64,000 nucleotides of DNA from Laetmonice hystrix (taxonomy: Eukaryota). The notes below the pieces were generated by a model, which saw only the letters and a list, made by a program, of their open reading frames with translations, was not told where the DNA came from and did not search any database. The DNA lies in assembly GCA_965235115.1 (NCBI GenBank), contig OZ249443.1:4650001-4714000 (forward strand), in the 5' to 3' direction. Both the position numbers and the translations under genes were made by a program. Below, one piece after another: positions 35,873 through 50,800 of the stretch; position 1 is the first letter of the stretch, and the number at the start of each line of letters is the position of its first letter.

Positions 35873-38800
35873 CTATGCAGAGCTGCTGGGTTGACGTCTA
35901 ATGTAGACAGACTTGGGCTGATGGTAGTGTGGGGTGGGTAGGTAGACTCTCGAACTCTGAATTAGACACGACCCCAGGCAGGCATGCACTGAGCAGCTGT
36001 TAGATCCTGGCAGCTGGAAGAAGAAGGTACCAACAGCTGCTATCCCATCATCTGTTGGCTCCAGTGCCAAAGGTCGAAGGTACAGTTTATCATCGCTGCC
36101 CGGCATTTCATAGCTATCACTATTTATTGAATACTTGGAATAAAGCTTTGGAATTGTGGTTTTACGTGGCAAGGGTGTGGAAGTCGTCATGAGTTGTACG
36201 ACTTCAGAAGTGTCTGGGTCAATGACTACATTGACCCGCGAGAATGGCCTGGAAGCCATGTGCTGCATCTCCAGCCGCTGGCGATGTCGTGATCGCTGCG
36301 CGTCCAAGGCTTGCTTCAGCTTCCATAGGACCACACACTTGGCCAGGAAGAGGAAAAAACAGGAGAAAAACACGGAGAAGAAAACAAAGAGATCTATGTG
36401 GGGCTGATCCTGTCGGAAGAACAGGTTGCCGTAAGTCTCATTGTGTGTAGGACTACCGGTTCCGAGCAGGACCAGGTAGAACCGCGACACCTTGAGTCTG
36501 TGGACGTCGTTTGGCAAAGTCAACACCAGGCGGTGTCGGACATTCCGTACGTGGAGGAAAATATCCTGGTCCATCAATTTGATGAATGTGTTGAAGTTGT
36601 TAGCTGGAATGGTTTCCAATGTATACGTTGTTGGCGAATCGTCGTCAGTGACATTACCACCAGGGATAGCACGCTCATCACGAGGATCGACATCGTTAGC
36701 ATTCTCTTCGCCAGCCTCGCGGGTTGGTCGGATGTTGGCATGGTTACCTTCCTTGTAGTTAAATTTGCCATCAATGTTCACGCTGTGAATGCCAGTCAAT
36801 GGGTCAATAGTCATGGCATATGTATCGGACAGTGGTGAAAAATACACATCCACGCCTGACGGGGAGGAAAAAATCTTTCATTAAACATGGCCATAACTTT
36901 ATTCAAGACATGATTGCAATATCATCCAGATTTATATATAAATTATATGAGAAACAAATGTGCACTCCTAACGAAATCGATGGGGGAAATGGCAAAGTAT
37001 CTGGCCACACTGCAATGTTTCTGAATAATGAATTAAACATCAAATGGAATTACGTGATACATTTATAAAAAGAGGCTGACATTATACGATACCATTGGAA
37101 CAATTGAGTGAATTTCTGTAATTTTAAAGGAAGACGTTTCCCCAATCTTACCTCCACTTGTAACATCCAGTGTAATTCTGATGTCCACATTCAGGTACTT
37201 TGGTTGAACAGCAAAGAAGACAGAGCGACCCCAGTAGAGCGGGCCTGGCTGCATGTTACAGTGCATCTGAGTGGCAGGATCAAAGCAATAGTCACGATCT
37301 ACGGTCATCTGTCTGTAACACTGGTGGCCTTTGGTGGGAGTACCAAGGAAGTTATCGATGCACTCAGAACACTGAAACAAACAATCCACACCCAACGGCA
37401 CTCGGTTAGATCTCATTATATCATTTTAATTTTTTTTTATTTTAATTTTTTTCAGCAACTGAATTCAACTGAATTCAATCAGTTTCAAGGTAGCATCAGT
37501 AGCTGTAGGTGATTGGCCTCGTCCACATAGAATCAATATATAATTTAGTCAAGATGGACCCACACATTCTAAATGTGACCAATAATACCTGTACTAATAA
37601 TTAGTTGAATGTCTGTGCTGAATCCTCATAACACATCAAAATAATTTGTTAAAACTTACAATCCAATTTTTTAGTTTGTTTAGTTGTGAGAAATATGAGC
37701 GATATGTAGAGTGGCCGAGTGTTTGCAAGGATGTGTTTTGACTGACCTGAAGGGTGTAACATGGGTTCTTGTTGTCCTGCGTGTCCTCACAGCGTTTAGA
37801 CTTGGTGTTGTTTTTACAGTCACAGTTTATACCGCTGTCCTTGTCACAGATGTCACTGTGGCCGTGACACTCGCATCTGATATCATGAATCCACAAACAT
37901 TTGTTAACAACAATTTTTTATACCAACTATCCTTTACGTCAAAAAAAGAGAAGAAATTCCTGGTTTCTGGTCTGAAGAACATTTCAAAAGTGGCTAAAAT
38001 GGTAAGCTTCATAAGAATTATCATGTAAAATGAACTCATAGACAAGGACCGTGACCTTTGCTATCATTGCTTTGAATACAACACACTTCTCTTGCAGTGT
38101 TAATGAAATTTCCATTACAACAATGGTTAGTTTCAAGACTTACCGCTAGGTGGCAGCACAATTCACACAGTAATCCAAGGTGAGGGCAAGAAAAAAAGCA
38201 CTGCGGGGGCCTTAGGGTAAATTCTCACTAGTCATATATTTCTTTGTTTTTTGAGCATAAAAAAAATTTTTCCTTCTGAGCTACATACTTGCGACATGGA
38301 TCAGCTTTTGTCTTCAAATTCAGGCGGAAATATCCATTCTTGCATTTGTGGCAGCGGTCACCCTGCACATTGTCATGACAACCAATACACATGGCGTTGT
38401 CTTCGTCTCTCGGTCCATGGTCAATCATTGATAGCTGTCAGAAATAAATTACCCGTATACCAACACAGACAAGTATTTGAGTCACCCTGTAACTCTTCAT
38501 CAGAACTTTCTGTGGACACAAGTTTTTATCTACTCATTCATCCTACCCATGTTGGCCTCTTTTTTTACGCCAGTCTATTGCTGTGCCTCTACTATATTAT
38601 GCTATTCTTACCCCAAATTTCCAGCCATTTCTTAAATGATTCTAACCTCTCACATAACAACACAGATTTTACAGAAGCCCCCCCATCATACTCCTTCAGG
38701 TAAGGACTACAAAGGACCATTTACTCCGTCATTAAGCCACAACTTACATTGTTTAACTTGGGTACGTTTCCCACAGCGATCACCAATCGATACTGGTCAT

Positions 38801-41800
38801 GCGAGAGACACATGTTGCTATGACGATTGCAGAACTCCCAGCACGATTTACACCGACCTCCATTGTGAGGGTTTCCCACGTACCACGGCTCGCATTCTTG
38901 GCACTGGTCGCCCTGCAAACATCAGCGCATTATCTAACCTCCCTTCAATCAATGTATTACAATCTTAATGTAACTCTAACAAGCCTGCTCCGGGAAAAAA
39001 ACAAATTCAAATTCAATGAATAAACCACAACTAAAGTCACCGAAACACTGAGATCAAACCGTTCACATACCTTGGTATTGTTATGACACTTCAAACACGT
39101 CTTCCGTTCACTGACACTCTTACAATTACTGTGTTTGTTACACTGACACTCCGTCGAACAGTTGTGGCCCACGTAGCCAAAGTGACACTTGCAGATGTCC
39201 GGTGCAATACAGTCGCCATGGTTACAGTGCTGATTGCAGTGCGGCCTACATTTGCGACTGAAATCCAGGACAGCCTCATTAAAATCATGACAACTCAAAC
39301 AAACCTGGCCTGAATTTGTAGCATTGATCAAACTCTATCGACTTACCCTTGATAATTAACCGAATTCACAAGATATGATACAATATGCTCACTTTGAATC
39401 ACGAGCGTAGCCAAGCTTGCAGTCACAGCGGAATCCAATGGCTAGATCAGTACAGTTCTCACTGGCGTCACAGTTGTGGTGGCCATTCAGGCACTCGTTC
39501 TCTGGCAGACATTGCCCGAACGACCAAATGGGAGGACCAGTGGCTTGTAGGGTCCAGTTGTACACACGAACTGAAAACAAACCCTCTAGTAAGTGATCTA
39601 CTACTATAAAATATCAAAAAATCATACAAATAAACCTTGTGATCTTTGGGCTCTCGGGTACAAAAATAGTTTGGTCCAAAGATAATAATTGATTTGTAAT
39701 TTTCTGAATGGTTCCTCATATACCAGTGTATATTAATATTCGGTCACAGAGACGTTTCCTCTAGACTTCCATGTTTGCCAATGTTAACTATTTGTAACAC
39801 TCACGTGGCAGCAGCTCTCTGCCGAGGGTCACATTATGTTGGTCACACTGTCCAAACTGTGGCCCAGAAAGTCCTCCCTCGATACAGACTCCGAGTCCGT
39901 TGAGTCCACCGAACGCACACCAGCCGCAGCCAGGGGTAGCCAGACAGGAGGAGCACTGGTCGTGTATAGAGCAGTTCTGTGGGCACTGGTCGGCCTGACC
40001 CGCCAGGATCAGGCCACACTCGCCATTTGAACAGTGCAGCGGCATGTACGCTGGCGGCATGCACTGTGCACCGATAAACAGAGTTAGAATATGTTACATA
40101 CATAATCTCTCAGAGTAACTTGCCTTAGATGACCAAGTCAAAATATTTGAACTTTCTGAGGCCATCCTAAGGCCTACATCCTTAACCAGTTACAATCCAA
40201 TCTCGACAAATAAACTAGGTGTTGTCAAATTGAATTGTAAAATGCAATATCAATCTCAGCACATAATTTTGGTTTTTTGCTTGAATGAGCCCTGAAAGAT
40301 CTTTGGCCATTGTTTGTTTGAGGTTAGGAGTTAACGATTAAAATGCTGACCTCCTGCAGTCGGACACTCCATACACAGCCTTGAGAGCCTCCTTCACCCC
40401 CGACCGACTTGATGCACGACTTGCACCCTGTAAACTGGTAGCAGCGCACCGGGCAGGCACTGGGTGGGCTGGACTGCACCGAGTACGGTGTGGCATCAAG
40501 TAATGACTTCACTACACAGTTCCAGTCATAGATAGGAATGAGGCTCAGGGTACGTCCAACTTCACCTGAAAATGGATGGAAACCATCATTGTCCAATACC
40601 TCTGAAAGACCTTTTGATTCGATTTTTCAACAAAGGCCATCACAACCTGTGAATAGCTAGTATCGATTACTTACTGGATCGTTTGATCGTTTGATTCGAC
40701 TTATCAACAAAGGCCATCACAACCTGTGAATAGTTAGTATCGATTACTTACTGGATCGTTTGAACTGACGGGTCCAGATACAGTTTCCCAGTTTGGAGCA
40801 CTTGTCGCAGTCTGCAGCCTGACACAGTCTCTCCACACAGGCATTCTGAGCAGCGATTGTCCGCTGCTGCCGATCACATTTATTGACTTCCTGACAGTTG
40901 GTATTGATGCGGATACAACGTCCCGCTGGACAGTTACTGCACCACTGACAGGCCTACAAAATGAAAACACAAACCGGAATCAAAATGGGCAAAGAATTTT
41001 TTACAGATACTGTAAACATTTTCTTTACTATATAACTTACTTATCTATTGAAATCTGTTATAAATACCTGTCCATGGCCAGGCTGGGATGGCCAGTCTGC
41101 CAAACATTCGGTACAACCTCGGTGCTGGTTGCAGTCCCGTTGTTCTATTCGTTGTTTGTCACAGACTACCCCAGGTACGTACCTCCAGGTGGAACCATGA
41201 GCACAGCTGGATGGGGTGAGAACAAAAAAATCAGTATCTCTCACAAAGCTATCAACTGGCACAACACTGGACCTAGATAACCTGTGTCCTCACCTATACC
41301 TGCCCAGTGATACAGTAAAATCAGTATCTCTCACAAACCTATCAACTGGCACAACACTGGACCTAGATAACCTGTGTCCTCACCTATACCTGCCCAGTGA
41401 TACAGTAAAATCAGTATCTCTCACAAACCTATCAACTGGCACAACACTGGACCTAGATAACCTGTGTCCTCACCTATACCTGCCCAGTGATACAGTAAAA
41501 TCAGTATCTCTCACAAACCTATCAACTGGCACAACACTGGACCTAGATAACCTGTGTCCTCACCTATACCTGCCCAGTGATACAGTAAAATCAGTATCTC
41601 TCACAAACCTATCAACTGGCACAACACTGGACCTAGATAACCTGTGTCCTCACCTATACCTGCCCAGTGATACAGTCTTAACGCCTTTTATTAAAACAAA
41701 GCACATATTGATTCAGTAAATTTGGAGGTGATGGAGACTTACTCAAATCGATCCTGGTCATTATTAGTGTAACAGTAGGTGATGTTGGTATCCTCATCCA

Positions 41801-44800
41801 CACACGCGGCACACCCCAGTGTGGCTGAGCAAGTCAACTCCTCCTGATATAAGTTACACAAATCCTTCGGCAGCGTCAGCTTCATTAGTGACCCGTGTGA
41901 TATTCCATTGAAACCAGCCACAAAGAAGATTTCCTCCTCATATTTAGATGACTTGGCTATAGCGGCTGGCCCTATGACAGCTTGGATTCCGTCACCGATG
42001 ACGACAGCGCTAGTCGTGACATCTGTCCAATGGTTACAGCTGTAGCGGTACGCCCACGCTGTGCTGTCAAAGTCGTCTTGATGAGTCTTACCTCCCATCA
42101 CGACCATGTAGTTCTCAGTGCTTACTGCCGCATGGAAGAGACGCTCGGACGGCTGAAACATTCATAGTTCTCTTCACTAATAAACATGTTTATAGTCATA
42201 TCGTTCATTTTTTGTTTGCATCACATACCTTTTTGCCAATAGCTGTTTCTGGCTTATTAAGAGACCAAATATCTCGAAATTACTGGAAGCGTCAACATGA
42301 GATATCACCGGGTCTTCACTGAAGATCCGCGTACATGTATGTGCAGACTTGAAAAACATATCGAAGTAGTAAGCTTCACTGAGGCTCTGTGACGTGAAAA
42401 GTTGAGACCAATGAGCCGGTGGTAATATTTGATCGGATGGTGGCCTTACCCTGTTTGATTGGATGGTGGCCTTACCCTGTTTGATCGGATGGTGGCCTTA
42501 CCCTGTTTGATCGGATGGTGCCCTTACCCTGTTTGATTGGATGGTGGCCTTACCCTGTTTGATCGGATGGTGCCCTTACCCTGTTTGATTGGATGGTGGC
42601 CTTACCCTGTTTGATGGGATGGTGGCCTTACCCTGTTTGATGGGATGGTGGCCTTACCCTGTTTGATTGGATGGTGGCCTTACCCTGTTTGATCGGATGG
42701 TGGCCTTACCCTGTTTGATCGGATGGTGGCCTTACCCTGTTTGATCGGATGGTGGCCTTACCCTGTTTGATTGGATGGTGGCCTTACCCTGTTTGATCGG
42801 ATGGTGGCCTTACCCTGTTTGATCGGATGGTGGCCTTACCCTGTTTGATTGGATGGTGGCCTTACCCTGTTTGATTGGACGGTGGCCTTACCCTATTTGA
42901 TCGGATGGTGGCCTTACCCTGTTTGATCGGACGGTGGCCTTACCCTGTTTGATCGGATGGTGGCCTTACCATGTTTGATCGGATGGTGGCCTTACCCTGT
43001 TTGATTGGATGGTGGCCTTACCCTGTTTGATTGGATGGTGGCCTTCCCCTGTTTGATTGGATGGTGGCCTTACCCTGTTTCCTTGCTCTGCTGGTAACAG
43101 ACTCCACACGCGCTCACTGAGGTCGATACTGTAGAGGTTACTCGAGGCTGTTGATTTATCTGTTTGATACTCGTACCCACCAAAGACATACACCGAGTGG
43201 CTGGCTGCGTGGTAGACTGATGTGTGACCATATACACCTGAACAATCAAACCATATGGTAAACAATATTTTACCTTACTGATATTAGTACCACACGGTGA
43301 CCTTGAAAGTCTGTAAACTAGACATATCAATATAATTGATTCCTCCATAAAGTAGCTTACTATATTGTCATGTAAGGTCACTATATTATCATTTCATGTG
43401 ATAATGACAAGGATGATCCTTTGTAATTTACGATTCCAGAAATTTATAATTCTATAATTACAACAGCAACAACTTTCAATATTTTGTTGACTTTAAAGTC
43501 ACAAAGATAGCAGAAGACAGACAAGTTCTGACCTGTGGGTTGTGACCCCGAGAGGTCAAGTTCTCTCCACCTATTGTTACTGGTGTCGTACTCGTACACG
43601 TGCTCCGTGAAGTAGTTAGAGGCAGAGAAACCTCCGACAACATAAATCTTGGTGCTGTCTACCAAGGTCATTGTGTGACCTGCCATAGGAGGGATCGGTC
43701 CTGACACCTGGTGGGAGACAGGCATACTATAAATAATCTCCACCTTTCAATCTCATCATCATGACATTAAAATCTTTACATTCATTTCTCTACGAGTTCC
43801 TCACACGATGTTCTCATAGAACTCAGAGTTCACACAAATTTCTTAGATTTCCCAGATTTTTTAGAAAAGGTCGTCTAAATCTAATTAATTATGGCCACTA
43901 CTGAGAAAGTAGAAAAATTAAAATTTGAAGCTTAATAATCATATTAATAGCCATAATCATATTCTTGGGTGCAGTGATTCCTAATTCTATTTGAAGATTT
44001 GAAAGGCCTGTCTACCTCCATCTGACTCCATCGTCCACTGTCCAGGCTGTATTTCCACAACTCATGCACAGCTCCGACACTCTCCAGCAGACCACCAAAC
44101 ACAAACATAACGTGTAGAGTTGGTACGCACACCGCGGCATGGAAATACCTGGTGTGATAGAAATTGGTATTAAACCTCAGACAATGCACAGGAATAAAAC
44201 TCTGCTTGGTTACCGTCAAACTTAATGGAGGACTTCGTTATTGAGAAGAGAAAGGTGAACTGACATGTGAACACAGGAATACTTTACATGACAGCATAAT
44301 GAACAAAGATATCAAGAATTACCCGTAAACTGATCATGATTGTCATTCAAGAAAGCACGGACTCTACAAATGTGCAAGATGATTTTGTGATTGACTTTTT
44401 CCTAATGTTTCAGAGGGAGATGTTTTTTTCACAAGTAGATGTTTTTTCCTACAAGTAGATTTTTACAAGTCGACTGACCTTGGAGGCGGCTGTTCCTCCG
44501 TGCCAGGACTTAGCTGTTTCCAGCTGTTTCTGTGGAGGTCAAACTGCCAAAGGTCGTTCAAGATGCCGCGGTTCAGAGCGTAACCCCCAAACATGTACAT
44601 GGCTCGACCGTCACATGACACGAATGAGTGCCCCATGCGAGCCAGTGTGCTGTTGAAGGCGTTGTAACCCTCGATACGCCATGGGTCATACACTGAGCTG
44701 TACACACCGATCCGCTTGGACATCATGTGGTCGCAACCAGGCCCGGCAAAACCCACACTACATACACACTGGCCCAGCTCCTGAAACACAGCATATATAG

Positions 44801-47800
44801 TAACCTTTTTATTTAAAACACAAACCCACACTACATACACATTGGCCCAGCTCCTGAAACACAGCACATATATAGTAACCTTTTTATTTAAAACACAAAC
44901 CCACACTACATACACATTGGCCCAGCTCCTGAAACACAGCACATATATAGTAACCTTTTTATTTAAAACACAAACCCACACTACATACACATTGGCCCAG
45001 CTCCTGAAACACAGCACATATATAGTAACCTTTTTATTTAAAACACAAACCCACACTACATACACATTGGCCCAGCTCCTGAAACACAGCACATATAGTA
45101 ACCTTTTTATTTAAAACACAAACCCACACTACATATACATTGACCCAGCTTCTGAAACACAGCACATATAGGAACCTTTTTATTTAAAACACAAACATTT
45201 TAAAACTTCACAAAAATAATACTGGAAACTAAAACCAACTTGTGTGCTACATGACGCTAACTACCTGATAACTTTCCATAGCTTCAGTTCATAGATACAT
45301 ATAAAGACTTACCTGGTTGCAGACTCCCTGTCCTTTGTCTTGTGAACAGTTCAATGGACACAGATTTATACTACAGTCGATACCACTGTATCCATCTACA
45401 CAGACACACCGCATACCACGACACAACCGGTTACCATGACAATCATTGGGACAAATGTTGGCATGATACGTGGCGTTGAATCCTCTCGTGCTTGACGAAC
45501 CTAGAAAATTTACCATCATCAGAAACATCAAGTGACTGAGATGCATGTACGATTTAATCAAAAATAAAAATTGAGATTTTGGGGATCATTTGTTAAAGAA
45601 ATCTGCAAAATTGTGTAGACTGGCAGAAAACTTGGTGTCTGTTACAGCTGAACTGTATCACTGTATCAAGCAGATATTTATGCTGATTGAAGGACCAGAG
45701 ATCAGAAGATCGTCCTACTCACTCGGCTCTATATTGCCCTCAAAGTACACAGTGAGATATCCTGACTTTGCCTCGACACTGATGGGCTTGGTGTAGTCAT
45801 ACCCGCAGTACGCTGCCAATAGAGTTGTACTGGCACTCGATCCACTCGTCATGAAACTGGGTATGCCATCGTACACATACACGTAATCCTATTTAAAGTA
45901 AAGACAAAAGTTCATACACAGAACTATACACAGAATTATCACCTTTTAACCTGTTACCGGTATTTCAAACCACATTTCGACCAGCATTCCTATAGTTTAG
46001 AATACCCACCCTGGAGCAGAGCGTTTTGATGTCCGTTTCCATGGTGAAGGTGATGGTTGGGACAGGATTGAGAAGGTTTTCATTGTTTAGATCAGGATGA
46101 ACCGTCAGAATCCACAGACAGTAGGCATGGGCCAGATTCTTCACACCCATCCCTGCGTGTGACCCCAGTGCCCCTGACGTAATATTTCCCATGATTGTTC
46201 GTCCCTCACACCGCAGGTAGCACTTGTTGCCATGGCGAGGGTCGCCATAGTAACCCTCCTGGCAGTGCTCGCAGTGGTCACCCTCAGTGTTGTGCTTGCA
46301 TGAACACTTTCCAGTGGTTGAGTTACAGTAGCCGAGCCACATCTCACCGTGTTGGTTACAGTCACACGGATCACACCCTGCGGAAACCAACGTCACATTT
46401 CACACTGGTATATACTTACATGACTGATTACTAACCATGCACTGTCTCTTACAAAAAGGTATCCACAAACTTTGAAAGTACACAAAAAAATAGCTGTGCC
46501 ATGAGACCGCCTGCTTTGAATTTATGAATACTTTAAAATGTAAAATTCATGACCATTCACCTAGATATTTCACAAAACTCCAGATTCATGTAAAACTGAG
46601 AAAATTAAGATGCCACGCCTTTTAGCATCTTATAGCGTGAAACTTTATTAACTTCCAACCTCGAGCATCAAAGTCAACATGTCAAACAATATCAGAGATC
46701 CCTAACTTACCTATGTCTGATGTGGCGTCTCCGAAGGAACCAGGTCGACAGAACTGGCAATGTTTGCCAGTCGTCCAGTGTTGGCAGCGGTCACAGACTC
46801 CCACACCTGTCACACAGGTACTGTGATTGTGACAGCCACAGTTAATATTACACTCGTCACCAGTCCAACCGATATCACACCTACAGATGTAATCTGGTGC
46901 TCCCGAACAGCTCCCGTGGATACAGTCGTAAAAACACCTGGCAACAAAATCCATTACATGTCATTAACAGGTCAAACTCAATCATGATTTTTAACATTTT
47001 TATTTGCATAGCTTTATAACAATATAAAGGAACTCGGATATATTCAGTCTTCTGTCCCTTCTGTTCTGGACACTAATTATATTTCGTACAATATACATTT
47101 GAAAAAGCAAGTATCTAACATAGGCCGTGCACGTAGACCTATCGAATCATCTCTATTACTTAAAACTTGTAAACCTGGCAAGATGAGAGAATTTGGCCCC
47201 AGGAGGGTTAACTTGATATGCACTTCTCTAGCCAAGACTCATATAATTAATTAAAACATTAATAAAATTTGTTGAGCTGCCGACTTACGTCCGGTTACAG
47301 GTGTCCTTCCCATTGCCCATAAAACCCTGGTTACAGGTGCATTCGTATGAGTCAAACGTGTTCTGGCAGGTAGCGTTAGGGTGACAGTTATGGAGGCCAA
47401 GGCGACACTCGTGGACATCGGGGCAGATGGCATAGGACCAATCGGCATCCTTTGTTGTGGAAATGTTGTAGATTTCTGCTACCAGGGAAGTGCAACTCAT
47501 GCCTGCCTCGGGTCCTGAGACAAAAATATCAGAAAATATATCAATCTTTGTGTGGCATGGTAATCAAATCTTGTTTGATATTCTTTCAATCAGACGGGTG
47601 GTCAGGTCAGGTAAAATATTCTTGACATTTCGCTTGATTCACTGTTTAAATTATATAATATAAAAGGAAATCGATCAAATGGTTTACTTTTTGACTGAAA
47701 TTTTTGACTAATTTTTTTATATATTGAAAAAAAGGAAAACTGATCCAAAATTAACAAAATCACTGACCTGTTAAAAACTTCAAAACTGACTTTTCTAAAG

Positions 47801-50800
47801 TAACTAATTTTTCAAAAATGATATTCTCAACCTGATCTTGTTGGCAAGTCCCTTTCAATTGACTGTGCTGGCTCACCTGTGAAGTCGCCATGGAGACAAG
47901 TACCAATGGTTGGGTTGTTGACGTTTCCACACCAACCACACTGGAATTCAGCGAGACAGGCCTTGCAGTCACGGTAACGTGAACAGTTGTGACACTTCTG
48001 TTCTGTCATGCTGTCTACCCACTGCGTGCAGCCTCCGTAAGCATATGTCATGGTGTACTCAACAAATGGGAAACATGTTTGAGTTTGTTCACACCAGGCA
48101 CATTCGTTACGCTCACTGAGACACATCTCACAGTTAGCCCGCCTGTAAATAAACAAACAATTCAATATGTCCAATCACACAATATCACTGGACGATATTT
48201 TAACAAATCAACTTTACAAATTATGACTATCCTCTCTGTCATCAACTGGCACATTAAGTCAATAATTTTACCTTAGCATCCACACTTACTTTTACTCTAC
48301 TCCCTACCTTTCCTGATAGAGACAGAATTATTTAATTCTGATCCACATTTAATGCCAGTCTTTGATTTCTGCCCCAGCTCTCCTCAAGTTATAGTTTAGG
48401 GTCTTGTTTACTGTCTAACTTACTCTCTACAGTTGGCTGGGCAGAGTGAGACATTCCTGACGGCGTCGTCAAACCGACCTCTCCGCAGACAACGGGCCTC
48501 GTGTGACAACCACTCACATAGCACGTCCTGCATATCAATCAAATAGGCAGTACAGTGATGCATTGACCTGCATTCAAGGCTCATTTCTTGAGCCAGCAAC
48601 GTTTGACTTTCATGGCTTGTGTTTATGTAAATTTCTATGACTCTCCATGATTTGTCCCATTCATTTTGATCATAAATCAAACTTGATTTTATCCATTTCT
48701 TGATTACAAGTTATTACGTCCTAGTTGTTCCAAGAGTTTATTTTTTCCTTACCTGGGTACATGTTTCACAGCTGATGTGGTCAGCACAGACGGGACACTC
48801 CAGGGGTTGTATGATGAGATAGGCAGCGTCTGGTACTGCTCCACACCTCTCCGCACTGGCTCCGATATCTGTCTTCATCACGCACACACTTGACGTCATA
48901 CACCAACCACACGCCGTGTCTGTCATACACGCTAGACAGGATGTGTATCCCGAACATGACGCACTGTTGTACGGCTCGAGAAACTCCGCTGTAAACTCCT
49001 GTAAAAAAGGGAAACTGTTTTAAAATAGCGCCTTGTTGGAAAGATGAAAACAGTTACAAAACTAGAGCACTAAAGTGCCGCTGGTACTAGTAAATATTAA
49101 TCTGGCAGCTAGATGATAGTAAAATTCTGACTGCTACCCCTGATAACAAGAGAACTGGGGCTGGTAAATAGAGAACTCAAAATGGATGAGAGGGGAAAAA
49201 ATCAAGCTGGGCGATTTTTTCTCTTTGGGAAGCAGATTGTGTTGGCTGACCTGTCGTATGCGGGTGGGATCGAGCAGGGCACCCGTCCACTCCAGCTGCA
49301 TGTTGGAGGCTATCTGTGTCGACTTGACTCCAGCAATTTCCTGAAAGGCGTACTGCTCCATGTAATATTTGTAACCGGGGCCCTCGTGGGGGAAAACTTT
49401 CTCACCAACTGCTGGTCGCTTGGCTTGCATTGTCACAAACTGGCTACTCTTCAACTCAGCAACCAGATCCTGAAACAAATAATTCTCTATTACTTCCACC
49501 TCTAACATAAACTTATCTTTATAATAAAAAATGAATTCAACATTCTAATTTTATATAAAAGTCCAGTTTTTTAACTCATCCAAAGTACTTACTATATTTG
49601 ATTTGCTCTCATCTGTGCTGAGGTAGAGCTGTGCTTCAGCTGCCACTGAGACGAGGAACACTTTGAGAGGGGGTCCGTTGGAGGATGGTGCCCCAAGGGG
49701 ATAAATGAACCCTTGAAATTTGGATGTGTACCGCGAGTTTTGTTGGTTCTCCGAGTCAAAGACAGGATCAAACTGGAAGGTCAGCCCAGTCATTCTCACA
49801 ATCTCAACCTGCATACAAACAAAATAAAGAAACTGTAATTCTTCTGTCTTTCTACAAACCCCTGTCAGATACATGTTTGATATATTTATTAAAAAAGTGC
49901 TAATCATGTAACATCCCTAACTCACTGCAAGTTTAACAACCCAGGAATTATTAAACATTCCCCCATTTTTTCACTGTACACAAATGTATTTATTCTGTGT
50001 ACTCAGGACCAAGTAACTCAACCTGCATACAAACAAAATAAAGAAACTCTAATTCTTCTGTCTTTCTACAAACCCCTGTCAGATACATGTTTGATATATT
50101 TATTAAAAAAGTGCTAATCATGTAACATCCCTAACTCACTGCAAGTTTAACAACCCAGGAATTATTAAACATTCCCCCATTTTTTCACTGTACACAAATG
50201 TATTTATTCTGTGTACTCAGGACCAAGTAACTCAACCTGCATACAAACAAAATAAAGAAACTCTAATTCTTCTGTCTTTCTACAAACCCCTGTCAGATAC
50301 ATGTTTGATATATTTATTAAAAAAGTGCTAATCATGTAACATCCCTAACTCACTGCAAGTTTAACAACCCAGGAATTATTAAACATTCCCCCATTTTTTC
50401 ACTGTACACAAATGTATTTATTCTGTGTACTCAGGACCAAGTAACTCAACCTGCATACAAACAAAATAAAGAAACTGTCATTCTTCTGTCTTTCTACAAA
50501 CCCCTGTCAGATACATGTTTGATATATTTATTAAAAAAGTGCTAATCATGTAACATCCCTAACTCACTGCAAGTTTAACAACCCAGGAATTATTAAACAT
50601 TCCCACATTTTTTCACTGTACACAAATGTATTTATTCTGTGTACTCAGGACCAAGTAACTCAACCTGCATACAAACAAAATAAAGAAACTGTAATTCTTG
50701 TGTCTTTCTACAAACCCCTGTCAGATACATGTTTGATATATTTATTAAAAAAGTGCTAATCATGTAACATCCCTAACTCACTGCAAGTTTAACAACCCAG

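Noticed and set aside
44463-45092. 209-aa ORF with a 25-aa repeat fused to MEGF8 sequence
   Set aside because: The N-terminal part is the intronic 75-bp array, which happens to be open in frame. The real exon begins at 44780 after a canonical acceptor.
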